Below, piece by piece: positions 57,222 through 64,000 of a DNA stretch of 64,000 nucleotides. The notes under the pieces were generated by a model that was not told the origin of the DNA, did not search any database, and was given only the letters and a program-made list of their open reading frames with translations. Every line of letters begins with the position of its first letter. The first letter of the stretch is position 1. A program made the position numbers and the translations under genes. The stretch lies in assembly GCA_000002435.2 (NCBI GenBank), contig CM018791.1; one strand, 5' to 3'. The stretch is from Giardia intestinalis (lineage: Eukaryota).

Positions 57222-57914
57222 TTAATATCTGTTAACACCGTTAATGTTGAGTCCTTTAATGTGCTCTGTGAGGCGCCTTCGGAACTCTGTCACTTCGCTC
57301 TCGCTAAGATTTATGTCGAACAGATGTGCCCAGCCGCGGCGAAGCCCGTTATCATCCAAACCAAAACCGATCAGCCATGAACCCTTGGGCATGGGCGTGT
57401 ATCCATAGAACATCTTGGTATCCGCGAGTGCTGAATGCTTTTTGATGGCGTCCACATCCTTAACAAAGCAGGAACAGATCTTAGCGTGCTTGATCTGCTC
57501 CTGAATGGAGAAGATGGTATGCCCCGAGTCGACATACTCGTCAATAAGCACAACCTCACGCTTCTCTTTGAGCTGCTTGAGGTCCTCTTCGTCAAACACG
57601 ACAGATTCTTGCCTCGTGCCCTTGTACGACGAGACCTTCACGAAGTGGAGGGTGTACGGGAATGTAAGATGAACTGTCAACAGCGATGCATAGAGATAGG
57701 CCCCGGTCAACAGGGCGACAAGTGTGACAGGTTCTGCGACGTCCTTGTAGTACTCGTTCATTCTGCGCGCAGTATCTGCTGCAAGCGCCTTACACTCCTC
57801 AAAAGTGGCTAGAAGGTGGAATTTCTTCACCTCTGACTCTAGTACATCGTTACGGTCCTTGAAAAACGTTGAGAGTACATCCTTGACCGGCTTTCCTGTC
57901 ACAGAGCAAATCAT
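57222..57914 (-). CDS. GPRT: Guanine phosphoribosyltransferase (type I PRTase, HGPRT family), 230 aa
   Basis: PRPP-binding motif 'VVLIDEYVDSGHT' and the overall 6-oxopurine PRTase layout. The length and N-terminus (MICSVTGKPVKDVL...) match what I recall of the Giardia GPRT. ATG at 57912-57914. Confidence 0.8.
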   Translation of the reverse strand: MICSVTGKPVKDVLSTFFKDRNDVLESEVKKFHLLATFEECKALAADTARRMNEYYKDVAEPVTLVALLTGAYLYASLLTVHLTFPYTLHFVKVSSYKGTRQESVVFDEEDLKQLKEKREVVLIDEYVDSGHTIFSIQEQIKHAKICSCFVKDVDAIKKHSALADTKMFYGYTPMPKGSWLIGFGLDDNGLRRGWAHLFDINLSESEVTEFRRRLTEHIKGLNINGVNRY

Positions 57915-57969
57915 TTTTTCTGCTCATTTTTTTGAACTGCAATTATTAGGACTGGTTTGTGCGGTTATG

Positions 57970-60900
57970 TTAATTTGTGATTACAGGGTTTGTCCCCGGA
58001 TCATCTGACTTGCAAAAGAATCGTACCCGTGTCTCTGGTCCACCATATGGGGGGTTTGTCGCTCGGATTGTAAGGGAGGGTTTCTCTGGTGGCCTCAGCG
58101 AAGATTGAAGGACATCTGTGGAAGGCTGAAATATGCTAACAGTGGTGCTGCCTTTTTCGTGAGCAGACCCTGCGGTAACTACTTTAAGAGCTACAAAGGG
58201 GCTGTTTCTAAAACTTGTTGCTAAAAACTCACCTTCGTCGGAACTAGAAGAAGAACTAGACGATGCAGACAGAGGTGGGGTAAGAGGTATCACGACAGGT
58301 TCAAACTGAGATGCCTGTAATTCCTCTGATTTGCACACATGCTTGCTTGTTGAGCAACTCCTAGACACCAAGGACCGCTTTATGTTGTCGCCTGAAAGGT
58401 TCTGAATTATAATGCTAGCATCCACCGCGTCTCTGTGATCACAGTCTCGAAAGGGCGCTGACTGTGGCTCATACTGTGTCGAGGCAGAACTTGTCGAAAC
58501 GCGCATCTGCGCAAAAAGAAGCTTCATGTCCAACAAGTTGAGCCTTGTCTGTATCTCTGCTTCAATGTGTTCCTTCCCGTCCTTTGTGCCCAGGAGTTCT
58601 TCAAGCAGCCTTATGCGAGCTTCTTGCTCGGCTCCTTTAGCTTCACCCGAGGCAACATCTCCTTGCAGATGAGCGATAGTGTCTTGAAGTTTAGAGATAG
58701 TATCTTGACTCTCGTGTAGTTTTCTCTTGTAGTCCGAGACCTTACTCTCTGCTGAGCTTATCGTCTTCATAACTTCCGAAACAACCTCATTCATATCTTC
58801 TGCTTCCAGCTCACGTGCTGCAAGTACTTGAGTCTGCTGGTGCAAACGCTCGACAAGGATGTCGCAGTAACGCTCACATTCTATTGCACACAAGTAAGGA
58901 GACTGTGGGGGAGAGCATAGGCGTGAAACAGAGTAGGAGTTCTCCACCACGGATGCTTCTTGATGGATATGTTTGAGTAGCTCGTCAGTTTGCATAGATA
59001 CCTCCACACACGCTTCGTGTTTCTGTGCGAGATTTTTATAGTCTGACAGTATATGATTATGAGTACTTGGTGCATCGCTCATCACACTGTTGCTTTCAGA
59101 GGTACAGCGCGGCTCATTTCCGGAACACAGAAGGCACTGTATGGACTTAAACGCAATACTAATTTCTTCACATTGCGTACTCGCTATTTTAGTATCTGAT
59201 TCTATGATTAGCTTTTCGTCTGGACCTAGCATGCGTGACTGGAGGGCTGCCAGTGTGCCGTACGGTGCCACGTCAACCTCGTCCGTCTGGACCCCAAAGT
59301 ACTTCATATCGGGTGCGTCCACTTGAATTGCCGCGAACACCATCGTAGTAGTATCTTCTACTGAGCCGAAGTCAGACCCTTGCTCTTCATTATACCCTCT
59401 ACATCGTGGAACATGTGAATTATCACTTGGTCCAGTAGACGGGCCAAGTGAGTTCAATGGTGCACTCCGTAAGTCCATCTCAGAAGTCCTGTCTGCATTA
59501 CTAGGTGGCTGTAAAAGCTCACATTGAATCGCTTTGAAGGATGGGAGCGGAGCTTCAATCTGAGTTCCGGTGTGAATCTTCTGAGATCCGTCTAGCTCAG
59601 CATCTATCTTTCCACACCCACCTACAGATGACTTCCCTTTTCCAAGGCCGGTAGACTGGGTAAGCAAGAGTGACCTGATGGCAGCATCAAGAGCAGATTC
59701 GGGCGTATCCTCAGCGCATGTGTCTAGGTGCAACTTCAAGAGGATGGAACTGGGAATAATGGTACAATCCGCTCCCTTGGATCTGTCGTGAACACTTTTC
59801 AGTTGCAGCAACCTCCGATATTCTTCGTCTGCTTCTTCTTCCACGTGATCCACACTTATAGAGGCATTTGGAGGAAGAGTGTCGAATTGGGAGTTATTAT
59901 AATTTGTTAACTCGCGCAGATTTCCTGTCTGGGTTTCGTCATCCACGGTGAACAATTCTCTCACAGTCTGGACAGATTTAAACACTAAAAGCTCATGCAG
60001 ATCTGCTTGGGTCTCAGCATGGACAAAGAACTCAGCAAGATAGGTTTGCGTGGATCCGTGGGCAATATCCCCCAGGTCTATCTCCGTGCATGACACAGCC
60101 TTGTCCAGATATCCCGACGCCCTTAATTCCTCAAGCCTGGCCCTTTCTTCCCGTTGGTGCCTAAATGCATCCTTCAGCAAAAGGTTGTCTGCCTGTAATT
60201 CATCCCGCTCCTTCGTCAATATTGCCAACTTTTGGCAGAGTTGCTCCTTCTCTTCCGTTATTACCTGATTTTCAGAGAGGATGTCATTGATACGACAGGT
60301 CACTGCTTCAATTGCAGAGCACTGAGCTGCAAGTCGATAAGAGGCCGATTCAGTTGCAGCTAAAATATACTTCTGAGCATCGTCTAAAGATGGCGCTGTG
60401 CTTGTGTTCATATATGCACAGATACGTCTGGACACTTGCTGATCGAGGCCATCGAGCCTTGATACCTTTAGGCCATCGCTTAGCTGTGCTTGCATAGTCA
60501 GTAAAATAGAGAGATACCTTGTTGCCTCATCATGGAACGCTCGTGCTGCATGCTCTGTCATGGTTAACCTGCTAAGTGTTTCAGCGTGCTTTTCACTTAC
60601 CTGGTCCTTTTCTTTAGCAAGCTGGGCTAGATCTGCTTCCCTCTTGAGTACCAGTCCATGCACGTCATCGAGTGATGGAGCTATCGCACAACTTGCTTCA
60701 GCGGTCTCCTTTGCGTGGGCCAACCGCCTGAGGTCAAACATTACATGGAAGAGCTTTCGCCGGTAGGCGTTCAGAGTAAGGAGATATTCTGGTATAGCTT
60801 CTGGAACAGGAAACTGCACGGCAGAAGCGGCCTCCTGCCTATTCAACAACTCGTCCAAAATTTTCACTTGTTCACGCAGAAAAACAACCTCATCGATCTG

Positions 60901-62199
60901 ACTGCTTAGCATAAAATCTTGGCGTTCAGCAGAAGAAACAGTTTCTACTGATTGCACCGCTGACTGCAGCAACGCATTGGATGCCTTCAGCTTTTCTACC
61001 TGCTGCTCAAGAGAATCTAGCTCACTACGTAGTCGTTCTTCATTCTGCTTGTGACCTTGTAATTGACCCTGCAAAGTGTGGATATATGTACTATCCACGA
61101 TCTGCTCAGAATTCTTGAGAAGGGTTTTGATCCGCCGCAGGCGCTTAGCCTCACTAACGTCTGGTGCACCAGACATTGATTCAATAGTGTCATCGTCTTC
61201 GTCGCTGAAATCGTATGCGGTCCGCCGCCGTATCTCTTTGTAACATACATCTGTTTGGGACTCCACGGTGGCATAGGTGGGACAGTAGTCCGGCATTGTC
61301 GCTTGGTCAACAAACTGCTGCAATACCAGCTCTTCAACGGGTGCCTGGTGATGAGATTGCAGAAACGGTTCTGTTGCATCTATGGAAGGTGGCGGTAGAG
61401 GTCTAATAATTGATTCATTAGCTGGCTTACTCGGCAATGTGTGTGCTTCAGTGTGGCGCTTGGATGACTGGGACGATGATGCTCCATTTCTAGAAAATAG
61501 AATGACTTGTTCATCAATTACAAGTTTTGTTCTAGCTTTCTGAGCAGCAGAATGAGAGTTATCATAAGAGCGAATGGCTGAGTTAGCTTCTTGGGTACAC
61601 GAAGTAGACGGCAGGCTATGGGTGTTCTTACCTGTTAACTCAGATAGAGTCAGCTCATCTGATCTAATAAGAGATACACTGAGGTCCTGCACATCTCTAC
61701 CATTAAATTTTTTCAATTGTGGAAAATTCTTAATAATATCACGGTATGTTTCCCGTTTCATCAAAGGGTTTTCGCGGATGTCCAGAGACTCTAAAGACTT
61801 AAGGGATAGAACGGGGGCTATGAGATCTAATGAGTATATGTTGTTATGTGAAAGGTCAAGGCTGCGGATGGATGTAGGGATAGTGCAGGCCAAGCGTACA
61901 ATCCTATTATGACTTAAGTTAAGTGTCTGAAGCTTGGGGAACGGAAGAACTTGATCTACATCGACAATCACGTTGTGACTGGCATTGAAGTCTAAGAGTT
62001 GAAACATTGGCAACAAGTCATTGAGCGATGAGAGCCTGTTGTTGGATATGTCCAATTGCTTGATTTGCGGGGAAAGAAAAGACCGTAGATCGGCAAGTGT
62101 TTCGATATTTTGCCCCGATAGATCTAAAATCGTGTCTCCTCTATTCTCCTTTCTTCCTTGCGTCTGTGTTGAGCCAGCTCTCGCTGTTGGAGAGCTCAT
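57970..62199 (-). CDS. Leucine-rich-repeat plus long coiled-coil protein (about 1409 aa from the first true ATG), resembling centrosomal/axonemal LRR-coiled-coil proteins
   Basis: The N-terminal region has SDS22-like LRRs (LDLSGQNIETLADL, LDISNNRLSSLNDL, LDFNASHNVIVDV, LNLSHNRIVRL, LDLSHNNIYSLDL, LDIRENPL), followed by about 1000 aa of heptad-rich sequence. The ORF-track start at 62238 is a TTG. The true ATG (MSSPTARAGS) is at 62197-62199. Confidence 0.8.
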   Translation of the reverse strand: MSSPTARAGSTQTQGRKENRGDTILDLSGQNIETLADLRSFLSPQIKQLDISNNRLSSLNDLLPMFQLLDFNASHNVIVDVDQVLPFPKLQTLNLSHNRIVRLACTIPTSIRSLDLSHNNIYSLDLIAPVLSLKSLESLDIRENPLMKRETYRDIIKNFPQLKKFNGRDVQDLSVSLIRSDELTLSELTGKNTHSLPSTSCTQEANSAIRSYDNSHSAAQKARTKLVIDEQVILFSRNGASSSQSSKRHTEAHTLPSKPANESIIRPLPPPSIDATEPFLQSHHQAPVEELVLQQFVDQATMPDYCPTYATVESQTDVCYKEIRRRTAYDFSDEDDDTIESMSGAPDVSEAKRLRRIKTLLKNSEQIVDSTYIHTLQGQLQGHKQNEERLRSELDSLEQQVEKLKASNALLQSAVQSVETVSSAERQDFMLSSQIDEVVFLREQVKILDELLNRQEAASAVQFPVPEAIPEYLLTLNAYRRKLFHVMFDLRRLAHAKETAEASCAIAPSLDDVHGLVLKREADLAQLAKEKDQVSEKHAETLSRLTMTEHAARAFHDEATRYLSILLTMQAQLSDGLKVSRLDGLDQQVSRRICAYMNTSTAPSLDDAQKYILAATESASYRLAAQCSAIEAVTCRINDILSENQVITEEKEQLCQKLAILTKERDELQADNLLLKDAFRHQREERARLEELRASGYLDKAVSCTEIDLGDIAHGSTQTYLAEFFVHAETQADLHELLVFKSVQTVRELFTVDDETQTGNLRELTNYNNSQFDTLPPNASISVDHVEEEADEEYRRLLQLKSVHDRSKGADCTIIPSSILLKLHLDTCAEDTPESALDAAIRSLLLTQSTGLGKGKSSVGGCGKIDAELDGSQKIHTGTQIEAPLPSFKAIQCELLQPPSNADRTSEMDLRSAPLNSLGPSTGPSDNSHVPRCRGYNEEQGSDFGSVEDTTTMVFAAIQVDAPDMKYFGVQTDEVDVAPYGTLAALQSRMLGPDEKLIIESDTKIASTQCEEISIAFKSIQCLLCSGNEPRCTSESNSVMSDAPSTHNHILSDYKNLAQKHEACVEVSMQTDELLKHIHQEASVVENSYSVSRLCSPPQSPYLCAIECERYCDILVERLHQQTQVLAARELEAEDMNEVVSEVMKTISSAESKVSDYKRKLHESQDTISKLQDTIAHLQGDVASGEAKGAEQEARIRLLEELLGTKDGKEHIEAEIQTRLNLLDMKLLFAQMRVSTSSASTQYEPQSAPFRDCDHRDAVDASIIIQNLSGDNIKRSLVSRSCSTSKHVCKSEELQASQFEPVVIPLTPPLSASSSSSSSSDEGEFLATSFRNSPFVALKVVTAGSAHEKGSTTVSIFQPSTDVLQSSLRPPEKPSLTIRATNPPYGGPETRVRFFCKSDDPGTNPVITN

Positions 62200-62211
62200 T
62201 TTTAATTTCCG
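62200..62211. promoter_or_regulatory. 12-bp spacer (tttttaatttcc-like) between head-to-head ATGs of the LRR-coiled-coil and EF-hand genes
   Basis: The forward sequence reads ...gagctCATttttaatttccgATGaatccc... Confidence 0.4.
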
Positions 62212-62763
62212 ATGAATCCCACTGAGTTCATTCGCCAAGCATATGCGTCAAACATCACCGCTGAGCGCCGCGCATCACTAAAGTCCATGTTTACTAAGGC
62301 TGACGTAGATAACTCTGGGTACATCTCTATCTGCGAAGTGCAAAACCTGTTATCAACGGAGTCATTCCGCTTCCCTCTGCAGAGCGCACGCATGCTTGTT
62401 CGCATATATTCCAGCCAGGGACAGATCTCCTTTGATGACTTTATGCAGATAGAGGGGTTTGCGTCGTATGCCATTGACGTCTTTCATGGCGAGAAGGGAG
62501 ATAGAAAGGCAATACAAAGAAGCGAAGTAGCCGATGCACTAATGCAGATGAGGCTCAACTTCACTTCGGAAACATTGGAGATGCTCTTCAAGCACTTCGA
62601 CACTAACGACTCCGGGAGCCTGAGTCTACCCCAGTGGATTCGACTGACGTCTCTGTGCCTTCTCGGCAGAAGACTCTTCACCGAGTGGGATGTACAGGTG
62701 AAGGGGGAGCTTACTATCGGCTTGGAGCAGGTCCTCCTCATAGGGACGTGGTTCACTGAGTGA
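62212..62763 (+). CDS. EF-hand calcium-binding protein, penta-EF-hand (ALG-2/sorcin/peflin-like), 183 aa
   Basis: EF loops 'DVDNSGYISICE' and 'DTNDSGSLSLPQ'; PEF-like 'SFDDFMQI'. True ATG at 62212. Confidence 0.75.
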   Translation: MNPTEFIRQAYASNITAERRASLKSMFTKADVDNSGYISICEVQNLLSTESFRFPLQSARMLVRIYSSQGQISFDDFMQIEGFASYAIDVFHGEKGDRKAIQRSEVADALMQMRLNFTSETLEMLFKHFDTNDSGSLSLPQWIRLTSLCLLGRRLFTEWDVQVKGELTIGLEQVLLIGTWFTE

Positions 62764-62787
62764 ACAAGAGCTGGTTTACGCCAAGAT

Positions 62788-64000
62788 TTAGCTTAAAGTA
62801 AAGCAACGAATGACGAGAGCAGGGGCGACGCCGTCAACTGGGACCTCAAAGCGTATTATAGCCGCAGCTCCGTGATTTGTTAGGTGCTCATAAAAACTCG
62901 AACTAAATACTGTGAAGTGTCGGGGTGTCTCTCGGAGCGTGGAGACGGAAAACCAATATTCCAGTTCCTGGTTTGGCCCTCCAAGTTGCTTGGGCTCAAA
63001 AGCATACTGGAAGTCCTGATGCACGCCGTCCAAAGCAACCTCGTGTCCCCGGAGGACAAGGTCCACCCCGGTATGCTTGCACCAAGTCCTAAAAAGGTCG
63101 TACGAATATCTGTACCCTAGCCGTCGTTGCGAGGGTTCGTAAAGAGTGCTTGGGGATTTAAACCTATGAGGGGCAGGATCGTTCCACGTTAGCTCTCCAG
63201 CCAAGGGATCAACAATTGTCAGACTCCTTTGCAGGATGTTCTCGTAGCTATCTATTCCCAGGTAGAGGTCTAGCTGCCTACCGTATTCCGTATACACACA
63301 CGGTGGCCCTCCGTGACAGCAGAAGATGGTTAGAGACTCTTCCTCTAAGCGGCACTTAAGCATGTGAGCCTCTTGTGAATCGGCTAAGTCATCCAACTTG
63401 GCTTCGTTTGTAGCACCAGCCTGTCCAGCCCAACTAGTGACGCTACTCACCATTGACGCCAAGCACATGATCTCACTATTAGTCCATCTAGTCGAAGAGC
63501 TTGCAGATGGGATGACTCGGTTGCAGAACCTTTCAAGAGCTCTGCAAAGTGATTGCGGTAAATAAATTAGCCGGAAAAAGTAGGGTATCGCTGCAAATGT
63601 GTCCTGAATTGCTTGGTATATAGGGCTGTGAGACCCATAGTATTTGTATATTTCTTTTGTGAAGCCGTAGATTCTATTCATAGCGTCACATTCGTGATTG
63701 CCTCGCAACAATAGTACGTTCCGGGGATATAAGTACTTGAGAACGTAAATAAACAGCACGCACGCAAGGCCGCGGCTGCCTCTATCCACATAGTCTCCTA
63801 GAAACACGTACACAGACGAGAGATCCATCGTAAACTGACTTCCTCTATCATCCCCCACCTCTTGAAAGCACTGCAGCTGGACATCCTTCAGCATGCACAA
63901 ATCATAGAACGCTGAAACGTCCATGGGGGATCCATGAACATCTCCCAAAACGCAAATCCGTTTTCCCTCGGCCAAATAGTGCTTTATGTTTCCGTCTCGA
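62788..64000 (-). CDS. PPP-family Ser/Thr protein phosphatase (calcineurin-like metallophosphoesterase). It is incomplete at the N-terminus, and the ORF continues past the window end.
   Basis: GDVHG, GDYVDRG, GNHE, HGG ('CCHGGP') and RGHE motifs are in canonical order. The track's 'M' at 63975 is a TTG, and the frame stays open to nt 64000 (..RDGNIKHYLAEGKRICVLGDVHG), so the real start lies outside the window. Confidence 0.85.
   Translation of the reverse strand, partial: RDGNIKHYLAEGKRICVLGDVHGSPMDVSAFYDLCMLKDVQLQCFQEVGDDRGSQFTMDLSSVYVFLGDYVDRGSRGLACVLFIYVLKYLYPRNVLLLRGNHECDAMNRIYGFTKEIYKYYGSHSPIYQAIQDTFAAIPYFFRLIYLPQSLCRALERFCNRVIPSASSSTRWTNSEIMCLASMVSSVTSWAGQAGATNEAKLDDLADSQEAHMLKCRLEEESLTIFCCHGGPPCVYTEYGRQLDLYLGIDSYENILQRSLTIVDPLAGELTWNDPAPHRFKSPSTLYEPSQRRLGYRYSYDLFRTWCKHTGVDLVLRGHEVALDGVHQDFQYAFEPKQLGGPNQELEYWFSVSTLRETPRHFTVFSSSFYEHLTNHGAAAIIRFEVPVDGVAPALVIRCFTLS

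Noticed and set aside
1-64000. Prokaryotic-type features: CRISPR arrays, operons, defence islands, IS elements
   Set aside because: The sequence is clearly eukaryotic: a tRNA with eukaryotic features, ankyrin/NEK/RING/kinesin/RFC genes, monocistronic genes on alternating strands, and AT-rich initiator promoters. No direct-repeat/spacer arrays, inverted terminal repeats or transposase/reverse-transcriptase ORFs were seen.

Overview
The window reads as nuclear DNA from a diplomonad protist, most likely Giardia intestinalis (lamblia), not a prokaryote. Several things point that way. The reading frames are very long and uninterrupted, up to 2291 aa, with no spliceosomal-intron signals. Genes sit on both strands with tiny intergenic spacers, often under 120 bp and as short as 7-12 bp between divergent ATGs. 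AT-rich initiator-like motifs lie immediately upstream of start codons, and AGTRAAY-like poly(A) signals follow some stops. There are multiple 'TALM..' ankyrin-repeat (Protein 21.1-type) genes, a NEK-type kinase fused to ankyrin repeats, and a 230-aa purine phosphoribosyltransferase that I recognise as the Giardia guanine phosphoribosyltransferase (GPRT). I call about 31 protein-coding genes and one tRNA-Thr(CGU). Genes I can assign are: a tRNA-dihydrouridine synthase; an ABCB-type ABC half-transporter; an LtaS/sulfatase-fold membrane enzyme; a DUF676-type serine esterase; a TRM7/FtsJ 2'-O-methyltransferase; a Nop15/NIFK-like RRM protein; NAD kinase; a Cdc25/Acr2-like rhodanese; a kinesin-8; an RFC small subunit; a NEK pseudokinase; an ankyrin-RING E3 ligase; a penta-EF-hand protein; and a PPP-family Ser/Thr phosphatase. 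Several giant hypothetical proteins (1572, 1703, 1851, 2291, 1422 aa) and two genes running off the window ends complete the set. Note that the supplied ORF track uses alternative start codons (TTG/GTG/CTG shown as M). I re-anchored several starts to the first true ATG that removes an implausible overlap (ABC transporter, kinesin, esterase, LRR protein). I see no CRISPR array, no transposon and no prokaryotic-style defence island. The most interesting items are architectural or compositional: extreme promoter compaction, 3'-3' gene overlaps, and a tRNA wedged between two Pol II genes with a hairpin upstream. Others are a GC-rich island, a bacterial-type LtaS-like enzyme and a handful of unusually long non-coding gaps that could hide ncRNAs or small genes. 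All calls are from reading the sequence by eye; coordinates of hand-placed features may be off by a few nucleotides.
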